64,000 nucleotides of DNA from the IMG/VR virus record IMGVR_UViG_3300046820_001014, positions 1 to 64,000 of that record, one strand, 5' to 3'. Every line of letters begins with the position of its first letter. Position 1 is the first letter of the stretch. A model generated the notes under the pieces. That model did no database searches, was not told the origin of the DNA, and saw only the letters and a list, made by a program, of their open reading frames with translations. A program made the translations under genes and the position numbers. Below, piece after piece: positions 1 to 10,922 of this stretch. Source of the stretch: a virus.

Positions 1-100
1 GTTGTATTAATAGGAAGTGAGATTTTCTTGCTTTCTATTTTTTTTCAATAGATATTTGTAAAATTAAATTATTAAAAAACAACAAAAGATTTAAAACATT

Positions 101-961
101 ATGAAATATAGATTAAAAAGTTCTCCTAAAAGCTCATGGGGTTTTGTTAAAGGAGGTAAAAAGTATACACAGTTTGATAAAACTAAATATAGAGTAGTAG
201 CATATAAAGATATGTCTAATAACTTTATTACAGGCTTATCTAAAGACGATGAAAAGTATTTTGAAGAGAAACTAGGTAAACCTATGGGTTACTTTTCTGC
301 TAGAAGTAATTTTTGGTATGATAGTCCTATTGATTGTTTTGGTGAGATGCACCCAGGATTTTGGTATGATTATGAGGTAAACTTAGATGCTGAAGGAAAA
401 GATCAAGGTAAGATTATTGAGACAGGAGAAGCTGATATTGAGGAAGTATGGAATGAGTTAAGAATTAAGTTCTTAATGGTTAATCCTTCTGTAGCTTATA
501 ATAACTCTAACAATGCACAAGCTATGCTAGAACTATCTTCTCTTGCAGAAGTATCTAAACAGAAAGTTGAAAACAGAAGACATAAAGCTGAGGCTTATGC
601 TAAGTATCTCACCCTTACTCCGGAAGATAAGAGAAAATTCTTTACAGTTATTACTGGTAAAAGTGCTGCTAATCTTTTAGATTCTGCTATTGATGAGAGA
701 CTTACAGATTATATTGAGGGTTCTCCTACACAATCAGATACTCTAGTAGCACTTATTAATGATCCTTCTGTAGATGAGAAATATAAGTATAACCAACTAT
801 TCCTTGCAGGAAACATCATTAAAGATGCTAATGGTTATAAGTTTAATGGTATTCAATTAGGTTTTACATTTGATGAGGTTTATAAGTTCTTAAAAGATAA
901 GAAAAATCAAGAACTTAAAGATCTTATTAGTAAAGCGTATGATAAGATGCTAACAGTATAA
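101..961 (+). CDS. Conserved crAss-like protein of the capsid/tail module (function unknown)
   Basis: 286-aa ORF with an A-rich leader; first gene of the co-oriented structural block. Confidence 0.6.
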   Translation: MKYRLKSSPKSSWGFVKGGKKYTQFDKTKYRVVAYKDMSNNFITGLSKDDEKYFEEKLGKPMGYFSARSNFWYDSPIDCFGEMHPGFWYDYEVNLDAEGKDQGKIIETGEADIEEVWNELRIKFLMVNPSVAYNNSNNAQAMLELSSLAEVSKQKVENRRHKAEAYAKYLTLTPEDKRKFFTVITGKSAANLLDSAIDERLTDYIEGSPTQSDTLVALINDPSVDEKYKYNQLFLAGNIIKDANGYKFNGIQLGFTFDEVYKFLKDKKNQELKDLISKAYDKMLTV

Positions 962-964
962 GGT

Positions 965-1621
965 ATGAATATTATAGAATGGCATCAAGCATTTAAGGTA
1001 CAACTAGATACTCTAGATACACAGAGTGCTTTACGTTTACAACCTGAAGTGGTTGATGTCTTTCTAAATAAAGCTATCAATAAGATAATGATAGATCTTT
1101 ATGATTCTTATGAAGAGTCTCAGGAAATGTCTGATGCTATATCTTCACAAACAGTAATCTTAGAAATACCAAACCCAAGTTTTCCCTCACTTACTATAAC
1201 TCCAACCGGAGTTCCTAATCAATGGAAAGTAAGTATTCCTGATGAGTATTATCACCACTTACAATCTTATGCAACTCTTAAGATAGGTAATGCTACAGGA
1301 GTAGTAAGAACAGTTAAACAATTACTTGATACTGAGAATAAAGTATTAAGTAATCCCTTTGAGAGAGCTGATGATACAGAAGTTCCAATCTTCTTTAAAA
1401 ATGGTGGAATATATGTTTATACACCAGATGGATCTACTCTTGATAAATTTTCAATAACTTATCTAAAGAATCCTATTATTGTCTCGTATAAACAGAATAT
1501 CAGTAGTGATATTGATGAGTATCTTCATGAGAGAATCATTAATCTTGCAGTGATATATGCACTTGAGACTTATGGTTCTGAAAGGACACCATCTAAAGTG
1601 CAAATTAAAGATGTCAATTAA
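965..1621 (+). CDS. Putative ring/head-tail connector protein (crAss-like)
   Basis: N-terminal 'EWHQAFKVQLD..PEVVDVFLNKA' and C-terminal 'YLKNP..HERIINLAV' resemble Crassvirales ring proteins; synteny. Confidence 0.6.
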   Translation: MNIIEWHQAFKVQLDTLDTQSALRLQPEVVDVFLNKAINKIMIDLYDSYEESQEMSDAISSQTVILEIPNPSFPSLTITPTGVPNQWKVSIPDEYYHHLQSYATLKIGNATGVVRTVKQLLDTENKVLSNPFERADDTEVPIFFKNGGIYVYTPDGSTLDKFSITYLKNPIIVSYKQNISSDIDEYLHERIINLAVIYALETYGSERTPSKVQIKDVN

Positions 1622-1655
1622 AATAAATTTATAACTAAAAAACAAATTAAAAAAA

Positions 1656-2921
1656 ATGGAACTTTTAAAAGTTTTCGTAGGTGATGGGGCCAATACTGGA
1701 ACTACTGTTGCTACAATGGTAAAAGGAGACCTTCTGCTTCTTGATGCCACAACTTATGCTGCAGCTACTTCTGGTAGTACTGCAGTTGTAATTGCTGGTA
1801 AAAACGATAATGGGGTTTATTATTCTTCTCCAATTACTAACGCTAATGTACTTTACGCAAATCTTAAAAATGATGTTGCTGCAGTTGAGAAAGTAGTTAC
1901 TGCTGTTGTTGGTACTCTTGATGTAGTAGCTAATACTACTTACACTATTGGAGTACAAATTAAAGAAGATTTGAGGATGGGTACTTACAACAAGAATACT
2001 GAAATTCTTTCTTCTTATGTAGCTCCTCCTTCTATTGCTGGTCTTACTGACATTGTACTTAAAGCTGATATGGCTAGTACTATCGCTAAAGGATTTTCTG
2101 CTAACCCACTTACTTCTGCTGGCAGTCCTTCTCAACTTGTAAGGGCTATGAGAGTATTCACTGCTCTTCCAACTGGAGCTGAAGATACTGCAGCTACTTT
2201 TACATTAACGCCTGGTAGTAAACAAATTACTTGGGTTACTGGAACAGATACTCTTGCTGCAGGTGTTGTTGCTGGTGTTATTCTTAATCTTGGAGATAGT
2301 TGGTATCTTGTAGATAAAGTTGATAGTACTAATGGTATTATTACTCTTGATACTGCTTATCAAGGAACTAATACTACTGCTACAAAAAATGCTACAGAAG
2401 CTATTACTACTGCTTTTTATGTACCTGTTGCTAATTATCCTGATGGATTCACTTTTAAATTCACTGCAATTGCTCAAACTCAGCAAAACAGATATGATCA
2501 ATTTAGAATGACTGAATTTATAGTTATCACTCCTAAAGGATTTGATACTTCACTTGCTACTTCACTTGTAGTTACAGAAACAGCTGCAACTCAGCCAATT
2601 GGTTCTTATCGTCAAGTTAGGGATCTTGAAGAAAAAGCTTATACTAATAGTAATCCTTTGATTAACTATAGAGAGTTTCCTTTTCAAGATTTTGCTCTTA
2701 ACGCAAATCCTACTGTAAATACTTATGATATTTTTACAATTACTTATAATGCTGCATCAGGTTATAATTATTTGCAATCTTCAGGAAAAGTATTTCCACA
2801 AACTGTAGTGGTTGCTGCTCCTGCTCAATCAAGTGGTCAATTTGATAGAGGAGCATCAGGAAGTTTTGCAAATCTTTTTGATGCTTGGTATTCTGGTGCA
2901 AATATTTTTGCAGATATCTAA
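1656..2921 (+). CDS. Abundant virion structural protein (auxiliary capsid-type)
   Basis: Thr/Ala/Val-rich, beta-rich 421 aa; followed by a strong terminator; lies between ring-protein genes. Confidence 0.55.
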   Translation: MELLKVFVGDGANTGTTVATMVKGDLLLLDATTYAAATSGSTAVVIAGKNDNGVYYSSPITNANVLYANLKNDVAAVEKVVTAVVGTLDVVANTTYTIGVQIKEDLRMGTYNKNTEILSSYVAPPSIAGLTDIVLKADMASTIAKGFSANPLTSAGSPSQLVRAMRVFTALPTGAEDTAATFTLTPGSKQITWVTGTDTLAAGVVAGVILNLGDSWYLVDKVDSTNGIITLDTAYQGTNTTATKNATEAITTAFYVPVANYPDGFTFKFTAIAQTQQNRYDQFRMTEFIVITPKGFDTSLATSLVVTETAATQPIGSYRQVRDLEEKAYTNSNPLINYREFPFQDFALNANPTVNTYDIFTITYNAASGYNYLQSSGKVFPQTVVVAAPAQSSGQFDRGASGSFANLFDAWYSGANIFADI

Positions 2922-2944
2922 GAAATAACGTAAACTCAAAATTT

Positions 2945-2977
2945 AAGAGGGAGGAGAAATCTTCCCTCTTTCTTTTT
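2945..2977 (+). terminator. Rho-independent terminator
   Basis: Stem AAGAGGGAGGA / TCTTCCCTCTT (one G-U pair), GAAA loop, then TCTTTTT. Confidence 0.85.
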
Positions 2978-2986
2978 ATATACTTT

Positions 2987-2993
2987 CGTATAA
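2987..2993 (+). promoter_or_regulatory. CGTATAA motif (putative phage promoter), 6 nt before ATG 3000
   Basis: Directly after the terminator; same motif and spacing recur at 33067 and 34496. Confidence 0.6.
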
Positions 2994-2999
2994 AAACAT

Positions 3000-3656
3000 A
3001 TGTTACTATCTAAGATAATATATACCATTCAAGAACTTAGAAGCAAGTTCTCTCAATCAGATGATAACCCACTCTCTGATAGACAAGTACTATTTATCTT
3101 GAATTACTACAGATCTTTTCTTATTAGACAAGATATGGAAAAAGGTAGACCTTTATCTCCATTTATTATACAAGAGTTAACTTTAGATTTAGAGAAGGTA
3201 GATAAGGGTATTGGCTTTGTTACTAAGGATATGATTCTTAGAACTAAGATTACTATACCTAAGCCTATTGAAGGTCATATGCATGATTACTTAACTTATG
3301 TAGGTAGAGCAGATTTTGAAGATAGATGGACACAATTAGATTTACAGTCTCTAAAGTCAGTAAGCTATACTAGACACGCAGGTAGGTTTCCTAGATGGTT
3401 TGCTAGAGAGAACTTTATATATGTTAAGTTTCCTCCTACATGTACAACTAGTAAAGTATTAATTAGAGGAGTATTTGAGGAGCCAGAGTTAGTTGCAAAG
3501 TTAGCTGGTAAGATAACTCCTTTTGTAGGACAAGAGTGGGACTATCCTATCTCTAATAATATGTTATCTACTATCATTAGAATGCTTGAGGAATCAGAGT
3601 TTAAGTTTACCTTTGCTATTCCTAAAGACCATGAAAATGATGGAAGTCAACAGTAA
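3000..3656 (+). CDS. Putative ring/tail protein (crAss-like)
   Basis: 'SDDNPLSDRQVLFILNYYRSFLIRQ' and 'IRGVFEEP..DYPIS' are typical of Crassvirales ring proteins. Confidence 0.6.
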   Translation: MLLSKIIYTIQELRSKFSQSDDNPLSDRQVLFILNYYRSFLIRQDMEKGRPLSPFIIQELTLDLEKVDKGIGFVTKDMILRTKITIPKPIEGHMHDYLTYVGRADFEDRWTQLDLQSLKSVSYTRHAGRFPRWFARENFIYVKFPPTCTTSKVLIRGVFEEPELVAKLAGKITPFVGQEWDYPISNNMLSTIIRMLEESEFKFTFAIPKDHENDGSQQ

Positions 3657-4098
3657 GGGAAATTTCCTTGCTGTACACCCTAACCTAAAAGATCTGCCTT
3701 ATGATAAAATCATTAAGGAGTTTCAGAAAGTATTATACTCTCACCTATTTAAAGGTAAGACTATAGAAACTTATATAGGTACTTTTGAAGTAATAAGGTT
3801 TAAACCTATGAGAGAGTTTAAGAAGAAACCTATAGACTTTAAAGCAACTAGAGAAGAAGGGTTTACTATCAGGCACTTAAATGAGCATACTAATGGTTAT
3901 GCTTGTATGCTAAACTTTACTCCTAAACCTTTCTTTAGTAGATATAAGTTTAAGACAGTTAGAGTCTTAGCTAGGTCTCTTGCTGCTTATATACTTCAGA
4001 ATACAGAAGCGTATAAGTTATATTATGAAGTTAGCAAATATAAATACAGTAATATACAGGCTGGAACAACTGGTAGTGGAGCCACTCCCAATAGCTGA
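3637..4098 (+). CDS. HU/IHF-like DNA-binding protein (start uncertain, ATGs at 3631-3640)
   Basis: Basic protein with a helix then 'GKTIETYIGTFEV' (HU-like beta arm); usual crAss position before the tail-tube gene. Confidence 0.5.
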   Translation: MMEVNSKGNFLAVHPNLKDLPYDKIIKEFQKVLYSHLFKGKTIETYIGTFEVIRFKPMREFKKKPIDFKATREEGFTIRHLNEHTNGYACMLNFTPKPFFSRYKFKTVRVLARSLAAYILQNTEAYKLYYEVSKYKYSNIQAGTTGSGATPNS

Positions 4099-4834
4099 TT
4101 GTTATGAATGGATAGCTGCTGCATTACAGCATATTGGTGGAGATTATCCACAAGTTCTAAAAGATAAAGATCTTGAGATTGTTGATTATAGGGCAGAACT
4201 TCCTTGTGATTTAGTTAATTTTTTAAGACTATTAAAGGTTGAAACTCCTGATGGACAACAAGAAACTTTTGTAGAAGAAACTAGGCTTCCTAATTATCTA
4301 GAGACTTCTTATATCTATGCTAATAGGAGAGTAAACTTTTATGATCCTACACAACAGTATAATCCCTTTAATAACTCTATTAGACACTCAGTTAATAACT
4401 GGTTAACTCCTGAGAATGATTTAACTTGGAACTCAGTTCTTGATTATAGAATTGAGAATAACCACTTCCTATTTAATCTTGAGAAAGGAACTATTACTAT
4501 ACAGTACTGGGCTATTCCTACAGATGAGAATGAGTTACCAATGATTCCAGATACAGAAGCTTTTATAGAAGCTCTAATGTGGTATTGCTGTAAACAATTA
4601 TCCTATCAAGGATACAAGTTTAAGAACCCAGAGTTTAAGATGATGTTCTTTGAACAGAAGTGGAATAGGTATTGCTTACAAGCTAGAACAGAAGGTAGAA
4701 TGCCAGACATTCACATGCTACAAAGACTCTCTAATGAGAACATGAGGTTACTACCTATTACTAACCATTACTATACCTCATTCAGGTACTTGGGAATTAT
4801 GCAACAACAAAATAGACATGGTAGATTTAGATAA
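4025..4834 (+). CDS. Tail tubular / ring protein (P22 gp4-like)
   Basis: 'IQYWAIPTDENELPMIPD..EALMWY' motif; ATG 4025 preceded by CGTATAA (4010-4016). Confidence 0.65.
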   Translation: MKLANINTVIYRLEQLVVEPLPIADCYEWIAAALQHIGGDYPQVLKDKDLEIVDYRAELPCDLVNFLRLLKVETPDGQQETFVEETRLPNYLETSYIYANRRVNFYDPTQQYNPFNNSIRHSVNNWLTPENDLTWNSVLDYRIENNHFLFNLEKGTITIQYWAIPTDENELPMIPDTEAFIEALMWYCCKQLSYQGYKFKNPEFKMMFFEQKWNRYCLQARTEGRMPDIHMLQRLSNENMRLLPITNHYYTSFRYLGIMQQQNRHGRFR

Positions 4835-4837
4835 GAT

Positions 4838-7800
4838 ATGGAAGGAGTAAATAGTTTTGAGAAAGGTTTACATAGGACTAATAGTCCTGTAGAACAACCA
4901 GAAGGTAGCTATGTAGATGCCCTTAACTGGATTAGAAATGATAGTGGTAGATTAGTTAATGAAGAACTAGAAGAGCTTGTTAGAACTCTTCCTAACTCTA
5001 ATTATGAGCTGCTAGGACATACTCCTGTTAATGATTTATTTGTATGTTTATTTAGTGTTGGTCAAACATATTCAGAAATAGGTACTTTTAAAAAAGGAGT
5101 TTACGTACCTATTTTTAATGATATTAATCATAGTTATAAATTAAACTTTCAAAAAGAAATAGATTGTGTAGCTAGAATAAATAATCAAAATCAAACAATT
5201 GTATATTTTGTAGAAGAAGGTAATCCTATTAGAAGGTTTAATTTAGATACTTATAGTCCAACAAATAATACATACAATACTCTAGAAGATTTTAATCTTC
5301 AGTTAACCTTTAAAATGCCTTATTGTACACTAAAAGTTACTGAAGATACAGGAGGGTTATCCTCAGGAGTATACTCAATAGTTTTAAGGTATAGAGATGA
5401 AGCTAATAATAAAACTACTTGTAATATTCCAACAAAGTTTATCTCAATAACAGATGATGCTGCACCAATTATTAATGGTAAAAACTTTAGTGATTCTATT
5501 GATGGCTGTGCACCTGAGACTATTACTTCTAAAAGTATAGACATTACTTTAAAACATGTTGATACAAACTATAAGTTTATAGAGGTTATAGTTATTACTT
5601 ATATTGGAATTGCTAATAATCTTACAATTAAAAGTTTAGGTATTTATCCTAATATAAATAATAGTGTAATTAGTTTTTCATCATTACTTCAATTACAAGA
5701 CTCAGTACCTACTGAAGAAATAACTGAGGTTCCAACATTTTATAATACTGCAAAATCAATAGAACAAAAAGATAATGTATTAATACTATCAAACCTAACT
5801 TCTAAAAGATATGATGAAGATTTTCAAAAAGTTGCTGATAATATTGATTTATTCTGGTCTGTAAAAAAATATGACTTACAATCTCCAAGAGCTATAAACT
5901 CTATAGCTAGAACAGAACTAAATAGATCTGATGTTTGGGATTATAGGGTAAATTATAATGGTTATGGTGCAAGTGGTGATAATGCACCAACTATTGAATT
6001 ACCAAGAGATCAAGTAGGTAATAATACAGTTGATAGTACAGATTTTTGGCAAAGTAATATATATCAAGATCCTACTATTCTAAAAGGATTTACTAGAGGA
6101 GAAGTATATTCATTCTCAATTACTCCAATATTTAAAGATGGTAGTGTAGGGTTTGCTTATCATATTCCTGGAAAAGTTTCTAATAATCCTTTATTACAAA
6201 AACTAGAACCTTGGGTATCTTCAGAAGATTATCCTGACTATATGAATAAACCTTCTGGTACTAAAATTCAACATCATAAAATGCCAGATTTTAATAGAAC
6301 TGGTCCATTAGGAGGGCATAATTTTAGTGGATATGATTATACAGGAAGTTTTATAAATGTTTTACAAGTTGAGGCAAAGAATGTAAACTTTGGTTCTTTA
6401 ACTTCTTTAATTCAAGGTTATGTAATTGGTTATCAACAAAGAAATTCTGATTTAAATACTAGAATAATTGATTATGGTTTTATGAGACCATACTTAAAAG
6501 CGAAAAAAAGTGATAAGTATAGAAACTCTTTTTTTACAGGAAACTCATATTATTTTAGTTATTATACACCCGGAGATGTTGGACAATCTGATTCATGGTC
6601 TGCACAAGAATCTTTTAAGGCAAACTCACCATATGCTCAATACTATTCTATTGATACCTTATATTTAAATAAACAATTAACTTCTAGTTATTCTATTCAA
6701 GAAATTGGAAATGGAATAAATCTTATACCTAATTTATATTCAAATGCAGTAAAATCTTCAAGTCTTCCTTTATTAATAGCAAAAAATCAAACAACTGCAA
6801 AACAAGCTTTTTTGTATTTATTTTTTGAAGAAGGGAAAACTACATTTATTAGTAACCCTCCTATTAAAAAAATCGATAATACTGAGTATGTACCAAACAT
6901 ATTTAATGATGCTTCTACAACATTTATAGGAGGTTCTAATCAACCTATTGGTATTAAACAAACTTCTAGATTCTGGCATATAGAAGTAGAAACTGGTTTA
7001 AAAGCATTTAGTGATGTAGCAATTTCAGATCAAAATGCAGCTACTAGATCTCATCAATATAGAGTACATCAAAATGAAGGAGGTACTAGTGATGATGTGA
7101 TGCAAATTAATAATTCTCCAAGTATCAGATTAACTAGAATTGTTAATGATATTGGTTTTCAATATGGAAGACTTGAGAATGCTGAATATATACCATCTAT
7201 TGTAGTATTTGATGATCAAACTTTAAATACTGGAACTACTTCACTTCTTCTTGAGGGAGATACTTATGTATGTAAAACTTTTATGAGAAAGTGGGACTTA
7301 CTTCATAGTGCAGGTGAAAATATTGTTTCTGAAGAAGCTGATGATGTTATTGAATGGTTAGATGCTCATATGCTTATAGGTATGTATACTGAGACTAAAA
7401 ATAATTTAACATTAAGATATAAAGAAATTAATGGACCTGATTATTATCCTAAGTATAGAAAGATATGGGGAGCAGATGCTAATAATGCAGGTATTATGAA
7501 TGCTCCTTATGCTTCAGATACTTTCTCATATAATAAACAATATTCTGCACTTAGTAACATTAAAGTTAATATAGCAGAACCTTTATTTTTTACAGATGTT
7601 ACACAGTATCCTAATAGAAGTATATACTCTAATAAATCTTTTGAGAGTGAGTTAGTAGATCAGTATAGAATATTTCCTACTAATCAGTTTCATGATATAC
7701 CTAAAGATAGAGGAGTTATTACAGATACATTTGTATTTAATAATAACTTCTTTCATCATACAGAATTTGGATTATGGCAATCTTACTTTAATCCTAATAC

Positions 7801-8782
7801 AACTCAATCTACTTCTCAAGGAGAGATAGTTCTTGGTAATGGTGGAATATTTCAAATACCATCTAAGCTTGTACTTGATATTAAAGGAGGTTACATGGGT
7901 ACTAATGATAAGAGTGGTACTAATACCCCATTTGGTAGAGTATTTCTTGATCATTATCAAGGTAAAGTATTCTTATTTGCAGGTGAAGCTCCAGTAGAAA
8001 TATCTGATTTAGGATTATTTGAGTTTTTTAGAGGATTTGTAAATACTAATGATAAGTATTGTATGGGTTATGATTGGGCTAATAAGAGGCTTTTGATTAG
8101 TAACATTAATAAAGATAGAGCAATCTCTTTTTATCCTAAGACCCAAACATGGACATCTAGACATACCTTTGCTCCTACATCTTATCTTACACTTAATAGA
8201 GAATCTTATGCTTGGAGAAATCTTAATACTTCTTTCTACAACTTAACTAATTCTCAAGGAATTAGAAAAGATTCTTATATAACTTTTGTAGAGAATACTC
8301 AACCTGATGCATTTAAAAGATTTGATAAAATAGAAATAAATACTATGTCAGGAGGCAATCAAGGTATATTTGATCCAGGTTCTATTCCTGATGTTAGTAG
8401 TTATACATTCTTAGATAAATCTTTTACTCATATTCATTGTTGGACAGATAGACAAAATAGTACTGAATTGGAGTTTGCATATTCTCATGATTATAATACT
8501 AACTTTTTAAATGGTTATGATAATAATAAAGTACCTCTTGTTTATTATAAAAATTCATTTCATGCTGAGTTTCCATTAGATGCAGTTGTAAATCCTTATG
8601 TTAATATATTTGATAATAATAATTTACAAACTTCTGCAACTTTTAAATCTCATATGAAAGGTAAGTTTTTGTATACTAAGCTATCGTATAAAAATACAGT
8701 TAATAATGGGCTTAATATTCCCCCTGATAAACCTTTAGTATTAAACTACATTAAAACTTACTTTAAATCTACTGTAGCATAA
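4838..8782 (+). CDS. Tail stabilisation / muzzle protein (P22 gp10-like, crAss-type)
   Basis: 1314 aa; 'NSFEKGL..PEGSYVDALN' start, 'GFTRGEVYSF', 'GDTYV' and propeller-like C-terminal half. Confidence 0.75.
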   Translation: MEGVNSFEKGLHRTNSPVEQPEGSYVDALNWIRNDSGRLVNEELEELVRTLPNSNYELLGHTPVNDLFVCLFSVGQTYSEIGTFKKGVYVPIFNDINHSYKLNFQKEIDCVARINNQNQTIVYFVEEGNPIRRFNLDTYSPTNNTYNTLEDFNLQLTFKMPYCTLKVTEDTGGLSSGVYSIVLRYRDEANNKTTCNIPTKFISITDDAAPIINGKNFSDSIDGCAPETITSKSIDITLKHVDTNYKFIEVIVITYIGIANNLTIKSLGIYPNINNSVISFSSLLQLQDSVPTEEITEVPTFYNTAKSIEQKDNVLILSNLTSKRYDEDFQKVADNIDLFWSVKKYDLQSPRAINSIARTELNRSDVWDYRVNYNGYGASGDNAPTIELPRDQVGNNTVDSTDFWQSNIYQDPTILKGFTRGEVYSFSITPIFKDGSVGFAYHIPGKVSNNPLLQKLEPWVSSEDYPDYMNKPSGTKIQHHKMPDFNRTGPLGGHNFSGYDYTGSFINVLQVEAKNVNFGSLTSLIQGYVIGYQQRNSDLNTRIIDYGFMRPYLKAKKSDKYRNSFFTGNSYYFSYYTPGDVGQSDSWSAQESFKANSPYAQYYSIDTLYLNKQLTSSYSIQEIGNGINLIPNLYSNAVKSSSLPLLIAKNQTTAKQAFLYLFFEEGKTTFISNPPIKKIDNTEYVPNIFNDASTTFIGGSNQPIGIKQTSRFWHIEVETGLKAFSDVAISDQNAATRSHQYRVHQNEGGTSDDVMQINNSPSIRLTRIVNDIGFQYGRLENAEYIPSIVVFDDQTLNTGTTSLLLEGDTYVCKTFMRKWDLLHSAGENIVSEEADDVIEWLDAHMLIGMYTETKNNLTLRYKEINGPDYYPKYRKIWGADANNAGIMNAPYASDTFSYNKQYSALSNIKVNIAEPLFFTDVTQYPNRSIYSNKSFESELVDQYRIFPTNQFHDIPKDRGVITDTFVFNNNFFHHTEFGLWQSYFNPNTTQSTSQGEIVLGNGGIFQIPSKLVLDIKGGYMGTNDKSGTNTPFGRVFLDHYQGKVFLFAGEAPVEISDLGLFEFFRGFVNTNDKYCMGYDWANKRLLISNINKDRAISFYPKTQTWTSRHTFAPTSYLTLNRESYAWRNLNTSFYNLTNSQGIRKDSYITFVENTQPDAFKRFDKIEINTMSGGNQGIFDPGSIPDVSSYTFLDKSFTHIHCWTDRQNSTELEFAYSHDYNTNFLNGYDNNKVPLVYYKNSFHAEFPLDAVVNPYVNIFDNNNLQTSATFKSHMKGKFLYTKLSYKNTVNNGLNIPPDKPLVLNYIKTYFKSTVA

Positions 8783-9882
8783 TGAAAAATAAAAGAAAAT
8801 ATAAATTCAATAGTGGTATTCAGCAGATTGCAATGGATACTCCAGACTACAGTAAAGCTTATGAATTGCAAGCTGAAGAAGGAGCTAAGAATCAAAAAAT
8901 ACAAAATGCTGCAGGTATGCTTGCAGGACAATATAAAGGAGTTGCTGATGTTGCTAATATGGCAGGAAGTGTAATTAAGAGTCGTAGTAAAAGGAAAGGA
9001 GGAGCACAACTAGGTGGAGCTGTAGCTACAGGTGGAGCAGCTGGAGCAGCAGGGTTTAATATAGGAAATAAGATAGCACCAGGACTAGGTGGACTTATAG
9101 GAGGAGGAATTGGTTTAATAGGAGGTGGAATTTATGGAGCTTCTAAATCAGGTAAAGAATATACTGAAGGTAAAAGATTACAAGCAGAAGCTGATAGACA
9201 AGCTGAGTGGGATAATTATAATAAAGGTTTTAATATTAATGGATCAGCTACTGATGCACAAGCAAGAGTAGCTAAGAAAGGTAAGTATAAACTTAAGACT
9301 AAAGAACAAGCTAGAAGAATTGAGTTTGAAAAAGATGAACTTATTCTTGGTCCTAAAAAAGCTGATGGTACTAGAGATAAAATATTTATGTCTAAAAATG
9401 GTCCTACACATGAAGAAGGGGGAATTCCTGGTGTAGTTGTACCTAAAAAAATGTATACTAGTGGTACTAAACAACTTATGTCTCAAAGAAAACCTTATAA
9501 AAATCCAGAAATTACACCCCCTACTCCATATGAGTTATTACCTAAACCTCCAAAAAGCAGATATGAAAAAGGAGATAAGTATGTAAAAGTTTATGCTGAA
9601 GGTAGTAAAGGAGTATCCTTAGCTTTTAGTAGGGGAGAAAAAGATCCTAAAGGAGGATTAACTCAGAAAGGTGTAGACAAATATAACAGAGCTACTGGAG
9701 GTAATCTAAAAATGGCTGTTACTACACCTCCATCTAAACTTAAAGCTGGTAGTAAAGCTGCTAATCGTAGAAAGAGTTTTTGTAGTCGAATGAAAGGTAT
9801 GAAATCTAAATTAACTTCTGCTAAAACAGCAAATGATCCTAATAGTAGAATTAATAAAAGCTTAAGGAAATGGAATTGCTAA
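8782..9882 (+). CDS. Basic cargo/ejection protein with a C-terminal small basic phage domain (DUF6321-like)
   Basis: Gly-rich hydrophobic segment, 'GPTHEEGG' motif, C-terminal 'KDPKGGLT.KG..RRKSFCSRM..SRINKSLRKWNC'. Confidence 0.55.
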   Translation: MKNKRKYKFNSGIQQIAMDTPDYSKAYELQAEEGAKNQKIQNAAGMLAGQYKGVADVANMAGSVIKSRSKRKGGAQLGGAVATGGAAGAAGFNIGNKIAPGLGGLIGGGIGLIGGGIYGASKSGKEYTEGKRLQAEADRQAEWDNYNKGFNINGSATDAQARVAKKGKYKLKTKEQARRIEFEKDELILGPKKADGTRDKIFMSKNGPTHEEGGIPGVVVPKKMYTSGTKQLMSQRKPYKNPEITPPTPYELLPKPPKSRYEKGDKYVKVYAEGSKGVSLAFSRGEKDPKGGLTQKGVDKYNRATGGNLKMAVTTPPSKLKAGSKAANRRKSFCSRMKGMKSKLTSAKTANDPNSRINKSLRKWNC

Positions 9883-9892
9883 ATTTGCAAAT

Positions 9893-10501
9893 ATGGAATA
9901 TACACTTAAACATTGTACTCTTTGTGATTTAGATATAACTGAAGATTTTGTAAAATCTTTTAAACCAAAAGATTATGGAAGTCTTCATGGTTTTTGTAGA
10001 AGTTGTAGAAAGAAATTAAGAAATCTACAATTAAAAGTAGGAGGTAAAGTTTGTTCTAAATGTTCAGTAGATAAACCATTTGGGGATTTTCCTGTGCATA
10101 AAAAAACTTATGATGGTTTTGATAGTTGGTGTAAACAATGTAGAAAAGAATATAGCTATGAAGTTAATCAATCATTAGATACACATTTAAGAAAAAAATT
10201 AGCTTCAATAAAAGAAGATAAAAGAAAAATATTTTCAGATTTAACTCTTGAACAGTTAGTTAGTTTATGGAATAAACAGGAGGGCAAATGTGCTATAAGT
10301 GGTGTAGAAATGTCTTATCAAAGAAATAAAAGACAACATAATATGAATAATTGTAGTGTAGATAGAATTGATAGTTCTGGTAATTATACTATAGACAATA
10401 TACAACTTGTATGTTGGATTGTTAATAGAATGAAAGGTGAAAATACTACAGAAGATTTAATTCAATGGTGTAATCATATAATAAATAAACAAAACTGTTA
10501 A
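9893..10501 (+). CDS. HNH-type homing endonuclease
   Basis: Several CxxC pairs, 'QEGKCAISG', 'SVDRIDSSGNYTIDNIQLVC..VNRMK'. Confidence 0.8.
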   Translation: MEYTLKHCTLCDLDITEDFVKSFKPKDYGSLHGFCRSCRKKLRNLQLKVGGKVCSKCSVDKPFGDFPVHKKTYDGFDSWCKQCRKEYSYEVNQSLDTHLRKKLASIKEDKRKIFSDLTLEQLVSLWNKQEGKCAISGVEMSYQRNKRQHNMNNCSVDRIDSSGNYTIDNIQLVCWIVNRMKGENTTEDLIQWCNHIINKQNC

Positions 10502-10517
10502 AACGTAAAATAATATT

Positions 10518-10922
10518 ATGAAATTTAAAATGGGTGGTTCTGGTATACACATTAAGCCAGAGAATAAAGGAAAGTTTACAGCTACTAAAAAAGCTACAGG
10601 TAAGAGTACTGAAGAACTTACTCATAGTAAAAATCCCGTTACTAAAAAGAGAGCTATCTTTGCTCAAAATGCTGCTAAGTGGAAACATGAAGATGGAAAT
10701 AAATCTATAAAAGTAGATAAAAAGATGTGTGGTTCTAAAGGTATGAAGTATGTTGAGGGGACTAAGAGCATTAAGTTTAAAAAGAAAGAGATGATTAAGA
10801 GAGCTGATGGTTCTACTTCTCAAAGAGGTTTGTGGGATAACATTAGAGCTAACAAAGGTTCTGGTAAAAAACCTACTCCTGAGATGCTTAAACAAGAAAG
10901 AAAAATTAAAGCAGGTAAGTAA
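10518..10922 (+). CDS. Small, very basic internal virion protein made of short modules
   Basis: 'IHIKPENKGKFT..KKRAIFAQNA.KWKH' and 'RGLWDNIRA' modules; Lys-rich. Confidence 0.55.
   Translation: MKFKMGGSGIHIKPENKGKFTATKKATGKSTEELTHSKNPVTKKRAIFAQNAAKWKHEDGNKSIKVDKKMCGSKGMKYVEGTKSIKFKKKEMIKRADGSTSQRGLWDNIRANKGSGKKPTPEMLKQERKIKAGK

Noticed and set aside
27-60. Host-type promoter upstream of the first gene (TTG...GATATTTG)
   Set aside because: Mismatch to TAnnTTTG at the first position in very AT-rich sequence, and upstream context is missing.
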